In this document: piece after piece, positions 54,440 through 63,363 of the stretch
How the letters are laid out: every line of letters begins with the position of its first letter
Numbering within the stretch: the stretch's first letter is position 1
Source: Bdellovibrionales bacterium
Lineage (GTDB): Bacteria > Bdellovibrionota > Bdellovibrionia > Bdellovibrionales > JAGQZY01
Assembly (NCBI GenBank): GCA_043757265.1
Contig: JAYUQP010000040.1
Span: 142,094-206,093, forward strand
DNA: 64,000 bases
Direction of reading: 5' to 3'
Program-made: the position numbers and the translations under genes
Notes under the pieces: model-generated
The model's database searches: none
What the model was told of the DNA's origin: nothing
The model's input: only the letters and a program-made list of their open reading frames with translations

Positions 54440-54829
54440 ATGAGACTTTTTAGAAATATTGGCGTTGTAGTAGCTTTGGTTTACGGAATGTTTTTTGCGA
54501 ATAGCTCGTTTGCAAATACCGCTCTCGTGGTGAAAGATTCCACAGCATTAAATGTTAAAGATGCAGACGGTGGAACAAAAACTCCGTTAGATCAGATGAA
54601 CGGAAGTGAAAAAGATATCGAAACAACCCGACAAATTCGACGAGCTCTAATGGACGATGAATCCTTATCAACAAACGCAAGGAATGTGAAAATCATCACT
54701 CTTAAAAATAAAGTAACAATTCGCGGGGCTGTCAACTCACGTGAAGAATTACAAAGAGTGGTTAAAGTTGCTAAGTCAACAGCCGCCCAAGATTCGCAGA
54801 TCGTTCATGATTTAAACATTGTAAAATAA
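54440..54829 (+). CDS. BON-domain periplasmic protein
   Basis: Trimmed to ATG 54440 (RBS ggaaggag). Signal peptide, then TRQIRRALMDDESLSTNARNVKIITLKNKVTIRGAVNSREELQRV, the BON pattern. Confidence 0.8.
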   Translation: MRLFRNIGVVVALVYGMFFANSSFANTALVVKDSTALNVKDADGGTKTPLDQMNGSEKDIETTRQIRRALMDDESLSTNARNVKIITLKNKVTIRGAVNSREELQRVVKVAKSTAAQDSQIVHDLNIVK

Positions 54830-54889
54830 GCGGTAAATTAATTGGTAGATTTGCCGGAAAATAAGTGAATTTTAACAAAAGGAGTTGAT

Positions 54890-55531
54890 ATGAACACAGA
54901 TAAAAAAGAATTGAAAAATTCGGTGTTTGGAATCTTTCAAACCCAAATCGCTCTTGAATATTGCATTACGAAGCTGAAAGAACGAGGTTTTTTTGGTACA
55001 GACATTTCGGTGTTAATGCCGTCGAAGTCTGAGACGCGAACTTTTGCTCACGAAAATTCTACGAAATCGCCTGAGTTTGCAACTGGTGGTGCAGCCGGCG
55101 GAGCAGTGCTCGGCGGAGTATTAGGCTGGCTGGCTGGAATTGGCACGTTGGCGATCCCAGGCGTTGGGCCATTTATTGCTGCAGGGCCAATCGTGGCTGC
55201 TCTTTCTGGAGCAGGTATTGGTGGTGCCATCGGCGGAATTTCTGGGGCCTTAGTTGGACTTGGTGTACCTGAATACGAAGCAAAGCGATACGAAACACTC
55301 GTCAATGCTGGTGGCATGTTACTGTCTGTCCACGTGAGCACATCACCGTTGCAAGAAGGCGCACTTGAAATACTTAAAGAGTGCGGTGCCTCCGACATTT
55401 GCGTTAAAAAAGAAGCCAAAGGTTCGGATGTTTACAAAGACGATACTCCCAAACGCGGCGATGATATCGGCGTGACCAGGGCTCAATCCACATCACCAGA
55501 ACTGCACTACAATACTTCAAGACCTATTTAG
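54890..55531 (+). CDS. General stress protein (YflT-like N-domain, glycine-zipper membrane segment)
   Basis: VFGIFQTQIALEYCITKLKERGFFGTDISVL (YflT-like), GGAAGGAVLGGVLGWLAGIGTLAIPGVGPFIAAGPIVAALSGAGIGGAIGGISGALVGLG, then GVPEYEAKRYETLVNAGGMLLSVHV. Confidence 0.65.
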   Translation: MNTDKKELKNSVFGIFQTQIALEYCITKLKERGFFGTDISVLMPSKSETRTFAHENSTKSPEFATGGAAGGAVLGGVLGWLAGIGTLAIPGVGPFIAAGPIVAALSGAGIGGAIGGISGALVGLGVPEYEAKRYETLVNAGGMLLSVHVSTSPLQEGALEILKECGASDICVKKEAKGSDVYKDDTPKRGDDIGVTRAQSTSPELHYNTSRPI

Positions 55532-55566
55532 TGAATGCGATAGTTTTTGTTGGAAAGTATGTGCAA

Positions 55567-55596
55567 GTCGAAGGCTTTACGCCTTCGACTTTTTTT
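55567..55596 (+). terminator. Rho-independent terminator
   Basis: gtcgaaggc-tttac-gccttcgac followed by T7. Confidence 0.85.
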
Positions 55597-55703
55597 GCGT
55601 TCAAAAAATGGACTTGTAGCATGGGGGAGTGATTTAATTGGACGAGTTTGACTCCTGTGCTGGCTTAATTTAGACCTGAAAATAATTGAACAATTGGAAG
55701 GTG

Positions 55704-55719
55704 TGGCATTCCACTTGCT
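55704..55719 (+). promoter_or_regulatory. Sigma-54 (-24/-12) promoter of the Pqi/MCE-like operon
   Basis: TGGCATTCCACTTGCT (TGGCAY-N5-TTGCW). The -12 GC is about 62 nt upstream of ATG 55780. Confidence 0.7.
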
Positions 55720-55779
55720 ATATGTAGTTGTGTTTATTCAATGATGACGACATATTGGTCCGTCAACGAAGGGGTCTAA

Positions 55780-56256
55780 ATGATTTTAAAGCAAGTTTTG
55801 ACGTTTCTCGCAACGTACTTACTGCGTGAACGATTTTCTCCAGCCCGTACAAACTGGATTGGTGATTCGACAAAGGCCATCGGGTACACCGCTCTAACTA
55901 CGATGGTCCTAGTAAAGTTAAATGCTCTTTTAAAGAAGAGTGTCATCGTGATTCCGCTGACAGTCCTTGGAACAGTGTTAGTTATAGTTAGCTACATGGA
56001 CCTTATGAATATTGTTGATAACGGTGTTGAAAAGTTAGAGCCTTCCTTTTTCATAAATTTGGTCATCGCAGTAGTTTGTTTTGCAGTATCTGTCTATGTT
56101 TTGCACTACGTAAAAGATAAACATCAGGAAACATCTGAGACAGAACTGACGGACAGTGACACCGATCCTATACAGAGCGCGAAATTCCATGTTCAGGAAA
56201 ACTTGGAAGCTTTTAAGCGCGGCTTTTCACAAGGTTACGAAAAGTCCAATGATTAA
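55780..56256 (+). CDS. Membrane protein of unknown function (first gene of the Pqi-like operon)
   Basis: 158 aa with 3-4 hydrophobic helices and an acidic C-terminal tail. Its stop overlaps the next start (ATGATTAA). Confidence 0.5.
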   Translation: MILKQVLTFLATYLLRERFSPARTNWIGDSTKAIGYTALTTMVLVKLNALLKKSVIVIPLTVLGTVLVIVSYMDLMNIVDNGVEKLEPSFFINLVIAVVCFAVSVYVLHYVKDKHQETSETELTDSDTDPIQSAKFHVQENLEAFKRGFSQGYEKSND

Positions 56257-57550
56257 CCAGCTCAAAAATTTTAAAGTTTGGAAATTGGTCGACTACCTTA
56301 TTTGGTCATTACCGTTGGCCGCGATGACTTTGTCGTTGTATCTTATCATCGACTATTATGCGTCTCGCGATATCGATATTCACATCGTATTTAATGATGC
56401 GTCGTCCATCGAACCGCTAAAAACTCAGCTAATTTACAAAGGCATTGTGGTTGGTGTTGTAGACGGGGTTCGCCTTGATGCGAAAAGTAATAACGTTGTC
56501 GTGCGTGCCAATTTAGATCACGAAGCCAAGGAACTTGCCGCCGAAGGAACAAGGTTTAAAATCATCCAGCCAAAGGTTGGATTTTCTGGCATCAGCGGCT
56601 TAGAGACCTTGCTCAAAGGCTCATACATTAGAATCGAAAAAGGAACAGTCGAAGCTAAAAATATTAAAAAAATTAAAAAAACTTTTGTTGGAACGACCAC
56701 TGACGATGAGGATACGCGAGATGCAAAAAGCTTCACTTTGCGCGCGCAAGACGGCAGGGCTTTGAGCGTAGGTATGCCGATAGAATTTAAAGGCGTAAAA
56801 ATCGGATCAGTTGTGGCTGTAGATTTTGAAGGTTTAGGCCGAGAAGGTTTAAACAGCGATCGCGATATCCTCGTTCGAATTGGAATCGAAAACAAATACG
56901 CTGAAATAATTAACGATAAAAGTCGCTTTTGGAGACGTCCCGCCGTGCAGGTACAGGCGGGCATCAACGGACTCAACTTTGAGGTGTCATCGCTTGAAGC
57001 GCTCATGAAGGGCAGCATTTTAGTAGACGGAAGTGAGGAACGTGTTGAGCCAGCCAAAAGCGGCCAGGAGTTTACACTTTATGATAAGCGACCTGCTAAA
57101 AAAGTTTCCGCAGCAGAGTCGAAACAATTCCAACTCACCACTAACGACGCTGAATCCTTGCAAAAAAATGATCCCATATTTTATCGCGGAGTGAAGACTG
57201 GAAAAATAAACGGAGTTGAACTTAAAGCCGACGGCAGCGCGGTCGTTCGCGTGGAAATGGATGCAAAATACCAACAACTCGTGAAGGCAAATTCAGTATT
57301 TTGGCGAAAGTCTGCAGTGGACAGCAAATTGGGATGGTCGGGGCTATCATTGCGAGTATCTTCTTTAGAGAGCCTGGTTAAGGGTGGAATCAATTTCGCA
57401 ACACCCACTAAATTTGGCGCCGATGTTAAATCTGGTGTTTCGTTCGCGCTGCGTGACGACGAGCCTGACGGTGATTGGAAAAATTGGAAGCCAAACTTCC
57501 CACCCCAGCAAAAGTCAATTCAAACCAAAATAAGCACCCGCTATGACTGA
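56249..57550 (+). CDS. pqiB: PqiB/MlaD-family multi-MCE-domain protein
   Basis: Trimmed to ATG 56249. N-terminal TM, then repeated MCE-type modules (IHIVFNDASSIEPLKTQLIYKGIVVGVVDGVRL; FTLRAQDGRALSVGMPIEFKGVKIGSVVAV; FQLTTNDAESLQKNDPIFYRGVKTGKINGVEL). Confidence 0.8.
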   Translation: MINQLKNFKVWKLVDYLIWSLPLAAMTLSLYLIIDYYASRDIDIHIVFNDASSIEPLKTQLIYKGIVVGVVDGVRLDAKSNNVVVRANLDHEAKELAAEGTRFKIIQPKVGFSGISGLETLLKGSYIRIEKGTVEAKNIKKIKKTFVGTTTDDEDTRDAKSFTLRAQDGRALSVGMPIEFKGVKIGSVVAVDFEGLGREGLNSDRDILVRIGIENKYAEIINDKSRFWRRPAVQVQAGINGLNFEVSSLEALMKGSILVDGSEERVEPAKSGQEFTLYDKRPAKKVSAAESKQFQLTTNDAESLQKNDPIFYRGVKTGKINGVELKADGSAVVRVEMDAKYQQLVKANSVFWRKSAVDSKLGWSGLSLRVSSLESLVKGGINFATPTKFGADVKSGVSFALRDDEPDGDWKNWKPNFPPQQKSIQTKISTRYD

Positions 57551-58097
57551 TCACTCTCTTTGCAAAAATTGTGGGGTGGCAATGGATGCGGAGCGGACGG
57601 GTAGCAAGACAGGCAATAAGTCGGGCAATAATAAACTACTTGGGCCGCTTGTGCTTACAGCTCTTTTCTTATACATGCCGGCGATGTTACTGCCGTTTAT
57701 GACTATCGAGATCAACGGCATTAAAAACACAACGACCATCTATCAAAGCGTGGTTTCGCTTTCTAAACAAGGCTCGTGGTTTATCGCAGTGGTTGTTCTT
57801 GTAGCGAGCATCATTATTCCTGTGGGCAAATTGAGCATCTTGTTTTTTCTTGAGTTCACTAAAGAAATGAAGCTTCAGCCAGGCCTTCGTTTAAAACTTT
57901 TAAAATTTGTCGAAGTTATCGGAAAATGGTCAATGTTAGATGTCTTTTTGCTAGCGCTCATGGTAACCGTTTTGAAACTTAAGCCGTGGATGAATGTGAC
58001 TGTGGAGCCTGGAGCTTTATTCTTTGCGTTGGTCGTTATATTTACAATGCTGGCTTCACAAAACTTCGAAAAAAACCATCACGCTTACAAACTTTAA
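57543..58097 (+). CDS. pqiA: PqiA-family integral membrane protein (single PqiA module)
   Basis: 184 aa. N-terminal CKNCG, LLPFMTIEINGIKNTTTIYQSVVSL and IGKWSMLDVFLLALMV are typical PqiA blocks. It overlaps pqiB by 8 nt. Confidence 0.75.
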   Translation: MTDHSLCKNCGVAMDAERTGSKTGNKSGNNKLLGPLVLTALFLYMPAMLLPFMTIEINGIKNTTTIYQSVVSLSKQGSWFIAVVVLVASIIIPVGKLSILFFLEFTKEMKLQPGLRLKLLKFVEVIGKWSMLDVFLLALMVTVLKLKPWMNVTVEPGALFFALVVIFTMLASQNFEKNHHAYKL

Positions 58098-58864
58098 TGG
58101 AAAGCCCGAAAATGGTCTCCGTTTTAATAAGTATTTATTTAAGTCTCCCTTGCGCGTGGGCTCAGCAGCAGCCAAGCGCGCCGCCGATTTCTGCCTCGGC
58201 TCCGTCACCAGCGACGACGACGTCGCCTGCCAAAGCAAAAGCTGGGGCAAAGGATTCTAAAGCGTCGGCACCAGCAGCAGGCTCCGCAGCGACTCCAACC
58301 ACTGGAAAAACCTGGCAGCCCGTGGTCGAGCAAGCGCATCGCGAAAACCGACTCATCGTATCTGTTGTGGGATCAAAAACACTTTCGGAAAGCGTGGATG
58401 GGGGTGGTTGGACTTTTGATTCGCCTTCGGTCGCTATCGAAATCCAGGCAAGCGAATACGTGGCTGCGCAAGTTTCCCTAACTGTTCTTCAGCAGCAGTA
58501 TTTACTGGATAAAGAAGGCGCAAGCGTTTTGTTCGAAAGACGTCGCCTTTTGCTACCGGTCATGGTTTCCTATCGTGCGTTTACTTGGTTTTACATTTCT
58601 GCTGGCCCTTACATCGGTTTCGCATTGAACGAAGCAAAAACGTTTCGAAGAGGTTTGAACCCGGCTTTCAGTCCACCCAAAAGTTCGATGGACGACTTTG
58701 TAGAGTTTGGATTTACTTCAGCACTGCAATTTTTTGTCCCCATCAGTAAACAGATCGAGGGCTCGTTTGGGCTTCATTACTATATTCCTTACGATGAAGC
58801 ACAACTTAAAAAATCAAATTCCATATTCTTTACGGCGGGAATCAAATTCGGATTAGGGAAATGA
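58097..58864 (+). CDS. Outer-membrane beta-barrel-like protein with Ala/Pro-rich linker
   Basis: Trimmed to ATG 58097 (TAATG overlap with pqiA). Signal peptide VSVLISIYLSLPCAWA, an A/P/S-rich ~60 aa, then alternating strands. Confidence 0.6.
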   Translation: MESPKMVSVLISIYLSLPCAWAQQQPSAPPISASAPSPATTTSPAKAKAGAKDSKASAPAAGSAATPTTGKTWQPVVEQAHRENRLIVSVVGSKTLSESVDGGGWTFDSPSVAIEIQASEYVAAQVSLTVLQQQYLLDKEGASVLFERRRLLLPVMVSYRAFTWFYISAGPYIGFALNEAKTFRRGLNPAFSPPKSSMDDFVEFGFTSALQFFVPISKQIEGSFGLHYYIPYDEAQLKKSNSIFFTAGIKFGLGK

Positions 58865-60057
58865 AAAAAATAATGAAGAAAAACAGCTTACACTTTTTTG
58901 TAATCTTGGCTTTTTTCGTAAATGTTGGAAACGCTTCAGCCATTGAGGCACCCAGTCAGGTAGTCAATCCGGCCCTTAATCCGGCCGTAAATCCGGCCGG
59001 AAATTCGGCAGTCGTACCTAATCTAAACCTAATTCCAGCGACCATTCAGCCCTCTGAAAAAACAGCCGTTAATACTACCAATCAGACTGCCGAAAAAGCC
59101 GCCCAAAACACAACCATCATGCAGCCAGTTCTTATGAAAAAACCTGAGGAGAGAAAGCCATTTTTTTCAAGGCTATTGTCGAATCTCGAAGATTCTCGAG
59201 AAGGAATGTCCACGTTTCTCGTGGATAAATCAAATGAGATCGATTTGCTTTTTGCCAACCCGAACTACTTGGCTACGCGAAATACCACAAACCTTCGGGT
59301 CTCCAACCTTGCCCGCGTTGCCGAGGAGGAGGGGTTTGCAAACGAATTTGATATCTCCTTCAAGTTGAACCTTCCACGGAGTCAGGACAAGCTGCAATTT
59401 CAGTTTGATCAGGCAGTGGACGATTTTAAAGCAGGCGATGGATCGCAAAACTTGAACTCGAATCTGAATCAAGCTTCGGAACAAAGACAAAACGGGCGCG
59501 GGCGGGCTGGGATCAACTTTTATCAGAACGCCTTTGATACGGATTTTCGTTTAACTGCAGGGCTTCGAATGAAAAGTCAGCTCGTGCCTTGGACGAATGT
59601 GAAAACGCGAAATTATCTTTTACGTAGTAAAAACGACAAACATCTTATGGAGTTAATTCAGGATTTTTACGGAGAATCATTAGAGGGTTTAGAGCACAAA
59701 GGGTACTTGGCCTACACCTATAAAATCAACGAGCAGTATCTGTTTCGTGTTTCAAACGAAAGTCTTTACCGCGACTTTGACAACAGCTTTAGGATGAATC
59801 AGGGGCTTACGATATTTCATCACGTAGATTATGGGCATTCCTTGGGCTATGGCTTTTCTGTTACTTCGGTAAATCCAGCCGCCCAATCGGTGTATTTTGT
59901 AGACTCGTATGGTGTCAGTGTGTCGTACCGACGTCGTCTTTATAAGCGGCACTATTATCTCACCGTACGTCCCGGCTTAACGAGTCCCAAAGTCAAAGAC
60001 TGGGAAGTATCACCGAGCATTCAGGTCGGAATCGATATCTTCTTCGGCACACCTTAG
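58861..60057 (+). CDS. Secreted/outer-membrane protein of unknown family
   Basis: 398 aa, ATGA overlap with the upstream gene. Signal peptide FFVILAFFVNVGNASA, an NPA-repeat linker and a strand-rich C-terminal half. Confidence 0.5.
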   Translation: MKKIMKKNSLHFFVILAFFVNVGNASAIEAPSQVVNPALNPAVNPAGNSAVVPNLNLIPATIQPSEKTAVNTTNQTAEKAAQNTTIMQPVLMKKPEERKPFFSRLLSNLEDSREGMSTFLVDKSNEIDLLFANPNYLATRNTTNLRVSNLARVAEEEGFANEFDISFKLNLPRSQDKLQFQFDQAVDDFKAGDGSQNLNSNLNQASEQRQNGRGRAGINFYQNAFDTDFRLTAGLRMKSQLVPWTNVKTRNYLLRSKNDKHLMELIQDFYGESLEGLEHKGYLAYTYKINEQYLFRVSNESLYRDFDNSFRMNQGLTIFHHVDYGHSLGYGFSVTSVNPAAQSVYFVDSYGVSVSYRRRLYKRHYYLTVRPGLTSPKVKDWEVSPSIQVGIDIFFGTP

Positions 60058-60309
60058 AACTTAAGCCAAAACAAATCAGTCGATAATGTGACCAATTATA
60101 AGTCCAATTCGACTTGTCAGGTAGCCAATCAATATTTGAATCGATTATGTTGTCGAAAATCTTACGAAACCATCCACTGCAAACGTGCAAAATACCAAGA
60201 GATAAGAAATTGAACAATGATGGAGCAAAGGAATGAACACTCTTTTTGATTGGACTTCAGACAGTGTTCGCATTCTAATCTAAAAAACACTCAAACAAAG
60301 GCTTTGCAA

Positions 60310-61587
60310 ATGCGTACTAATAACAACGAAGTTTTTGTCCTCGGCAGTTCACGAATTCCGTTCTTAAAAAGCCAAACGGGCTACAGCGACACAAAACGAA
60401 AAGAACTGATGGTCGCAGCCTTAAACGGACTTGTGCAGCGCTACAAACTCGACGGAGTATTAATCGACGACACAGCGCTGGGCGCGGTGATGAACGGATC
60501 TGCCGATTTCAATTTGGCCCGTGAAGCGATCCTATCCACAGCTGTTCACCCGAACTCCCCCGGAGTGAACGTGCAGCGAGCGTGCGGAACGGGGCTCGAA
60601 GCCAGCTGGCTCATCGCGATGAAGGCCCACACCGGAGCCATCGATTTAGGTATTGCGGGCGGTGTCGATACAAATAGCGATCTTCCCATCGAAGTTTCGG
60701 AGCCCATGCAAAAAATACTTCTCGGCGCCAATAAAGCAAAGACATTGGGCGAAAAATTAACAGTTTTCAAAGACCTTCGATTTTCGCATTTAAAACCAAA
60801 GGCTCCAAGCGTAGACGAACCTCGCACACATCTTTCTATGGGTGCGCACTGCGAATTGATGGTAAAGGAATGGAAAATACCACGCCAGGCACAGGACGAA
60901 CTTGCACTGCGCAGTCACCAGCGCACGGCAAGCGCCTATGGTAAAGGCTTTTTTGACGATCTCGTGGTGCCCTTTATGGGACTTAAGCGTGACGGAATTT
61001 TGCGAGCCGATACCACGATCGAAAAACTTGCAAAACTAAAACCAGCTTACGACAAAGTTGCTGGAACCTTAACCGCTGGAAATAGCACAGCCCTCAGCGA
61101 TGGCGCGGCAAGCGTTCTTATTGCCAATGCCGCCGGCGCAAGTCGAATCGGTGCAAAACCGCTGGCAAAGTTTATCGATTTTCAAACCGCCGCAGTGGAT
61201 TTTCCAAAAGGTGCGGGGCTTTTAATGGCGCCGACTATTGCAGTGGCGCAGCTTTTGACGCGCAATAAACTAAACTTCCAAGATTTTGATTTTTTTGAAA
61301 TTCACGAAGCTTTTGCGGGCCAAGTGCTATGCAATCTTAAAGCGTGGGAGTCTGTAGATTACTGCAAAAATGTTTTGGGTCTAAGCACCCCGCTTGGCTC
61401 TATTGATATTACTAAATTAAATGTGGTGGGCAGTAGCCTGGCACAGGGTCATCCGTTTGCAGCAACGGGGGCCCGCATTGTAGGCGTGCTTGCAAAGTTA
61501 TTAAGCCAAGGTGGTAAAAAGCGCGGCTTGATTTCTATTTGCACTGCGGGCGGAATGGGCGTTGCCGCTATTATGGAATCCGTTTAG
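60310..61587 (+). CDS. Acetyl-CoA C-acyltransferase (thiolase, FadI/FadA-like)
   Basis: Trimmed to ATG 60310. Active-site Cys block NVQRACGTGLEA, GNSTALSDGAA, NVVGSSLAQGHPFAATGARIV and ICTAGGMGVAAIME. Confidence 0.9.
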   Translation: MRTNNNEVFVLGSSRIPFLKSQTGYSDTKRKELMVAALNGLVQRYKLDGVLIDDTALGAVMNGSADFNLAREAILSTAVHPNSPGVNVQRACGTGLEASWLIAMKAHTGAIDLGIAGGVDTNSDLPIEVSEPMQKILLGANKAKTLGEKLTVFKDLRFSHLKPKAPSVDEPRTHLSMGAHCELMVKEWKIPRQAQDELALRSHQRTASAYGKGFFDDLVVPFMGLKRDGILRADTTIEKLAKLKPAYDKVAGTLTAGNSTALSDGAASVLIANAAGASRIGAKPLAKFIDFQTAAVDFPKGAGLLMAPTIAVAQLLTRNKLNFQDFDFFEIHEAFAGQVLCNLKAWESVDYCKNVLGLSTPLGSIDITKLNVVGSSLAQGHPFAATGARIVGVLAKLLSQGGKKRGLISICTAGGMGVAAIMESV

Positions 61588-61725
61588 GGTGGAATCTAAT
61601 CAATGGAATCCGTTTATGAGCAATAAATTTGATAAAGTCCGTTAGGGACGGAACCTATCTAACGAATTCCCGTTAAGGACGGAATCAATCTAATGAAGTC
61701 CCGATAAGGACGGAATCAATCTAAT
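61573..61725. repeat. About five contiguous ~31-bp tandem repeats spanning the thiolase stop to the next gene's stop
   Basis: Best units gaattcccgttaaggacggaatcaatctaat (61664..61694) and gaagtcccgataaggacggaatcaatctaat (61695..61725) match 29/31. There are three more degenerate units upstream; the first two both begin atggaatccgttta, which is the last codons of the thiolase. Confidence 0.75.
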
Positions 61726-63187
61726 AGTTGCTCTGATCTTCGATTGCAAATTTAGGATCGCGCATGGCCATCATCACTCCCGCAAAGAGCCAAAAAAAAC
61801 AGCTTTCAGGATTATAAACTATTCCCTCTGCACCATATGATCCCAATGCAATAGCTGCCAGGGAGCTCAAGATGGCCATCTGTGGGCCAAGAATTTGTGG
61901 TCGTACTTCGGTGCGCCAGACGCGAAACCCGAGGTACAGAATGCAAAGAATCATCGCTGTCACAATCAGCATTCCGGGAATTCCAATTTCTATTACGAGA
62001 AGAATAAAAAGATTGTCCGAAAAAAAATGCCCAGGTGTAAAATGCGGATCGGTTTTTTGTAAATCAGAAAAAGCCCCCGCGGCCGCTCCCACTCTTGAAA
62101 ACCCTGCCCCTAAAGGAACTTCGCCCGCGTACCGAATAAACCGATCCAAGTTGCCCCTCCGAGCGGTGCTCATGGAATCAAGATTGAATGTTGTAAGACT
62201 CCGCTCAATAGACCTAGCGTTGTCCTCGTACGAATCGGTTGAATATCCTAGAATCGAAATCATTGCGTAGGCGATGAGGCACCCAAGTGTTGCGGTACCG
62301 GCTAGATTCATCAGTCGGCGTGATAATGAGATGGGAAGACGACTCGTGCTGAGTGAAAAAATAAAAAGAACCATCGCGATAACAGCCTTCGCAATAGCCG
62401 AGCGAATCTGGCACATAAAAAGTGCAACTCCAACCAACGGAATAAGGGCCACTGCTAAAAAGCGCATCCAGTGCGATCGCGTGTAATAAATAAAATAAGC
62501 CAGAATAGGTAAGAGCATATAGATGTAAACCGAAGGGCCGCCGGGCAAGTTTGTAAGACCAAAAGGTCTAAACGAATACTGCCCCATCTTTGCCAGTGGA
62601 ATTCTGTAAGCCGGGTGAAGGGACAAAACGCTAGAGGGTCCGCGAAGCCCTTGATAGATGGTAAAAAATGTTTGAATGGCTCCGAGAACTGCAAACAGCA
62701 CAAATAATTTTTTGACGTCCTTCAATGAGTTGGTCAAATAATATCCAAAAAAATAAAGTAAGAACATCGAAATATAAATCTTTGATCCAGCAAGGCTGGG
62801 AATAAGCCCTAATGAATACGGATTAAAAAGTACGATAAATATCCAGAAAAAATGCAGTACAAAGAGCCACGTAAGTGGTGGCGCTTTTTTCTTTTGACCA
62901 AAGTTTTGAAAAAGAACTTTAACTAAGAGTGCGATGACCGTGATGTCGGCGCCCACGTGAATAAACGGGTGAAAATTCGAAATGATTTTTAAAAATCCTT
63001 GAAACCAAATAAAAACAATAACCAAAAAAAGTGAGGCCTCTAAGGGGGCGGCGATAATCCCGGCAAGGGTGATCCCCATGGCGATAAGCGAAAATGCCTT
63101 GAAACCTATCTGGTCAAAAGTTAGGCCTAAAGCAAAAAAACAGATCATTAATGGTATGATGATAAATGTTTTTGATAAATGCAGCAC
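61721..63187 (-). CDS. O-antigen ligase/polymerase-like (Wzy_C-type) polytopic membrane protein
   Basis: 488 aa with more than 10 TM helices and one larger loop. Assigned from overall architecture only. Confidence 0.55.
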   Translation of the reverse strand: MLHLSKTFIIIPLMICFFALGLTFDQIGFKAFSLIAMGITLAGIIAAPLEASLFLVIVFIWFQGFLKIISNFHPFIHVGADITVIALLVKVLFQNFGQKKKAPPLTWLFVLHFFWIFIVLFNPYSLGLIPSLAGSKIYISMFLLYFFGYYLTNSLKDVKKLFVLFAVLGAIQTFFTIYQGLRGPSSVLSLHPAYRIPLAKMGQYSFRPFGLTNLPGGPSVYIYMLLPILAYFIYYTRSHWMRFLAVALIPLVGVALFMCQIRSAIAKAVIAMVLFIFSLSTSRLPISLSRRLMNLAGTATLGCLIAYAMISILGYSTDSYEDNARSIERSLTTFNLDSMSTARRGNLDRFIRYAGEVPLGAGFSRVGAAAGAFSDLQKTDPHFTPGHFFSDNLFILLVIEIGIPGMLIVTAMILCILYLGFRVWRTEVRPQILGPQMAILSSLAAIALGSYGAEGIVYNPESCFFWLFAGVMMAMRDPKFAIEDQSNY

Positions 63188-63363
63188 ACCGTAATGGTAG
63201 CACAGCCCCTAAAACCGCAGAAACAGAAATTATTCACACAGCTTGAGAACTCGACTGTTTGTTTTGGACGTTAATTTGGGCGTCCTGAGTTAATCAGGGG
63301 ACGACACCCCGCTGCCGCAGGATGTGGTTTCCCTAGCACTTGATCTATGTTATCCCCATAACA

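Noticed and set aside
60218-60268. 16-codon mini-ORF (MNTLFDWTSDSVRILI) upstream of the thiolase as a leader peptide
   Set aside because: It is only a plausible RBS plus a short ORF. I could not see an attenuator-like alternative hairpin, so it cannot be supported.
61573-61725. CRISPR array
   Set aside because: The repeat units are directly contiguous with no spacers, and the units are degenerate.
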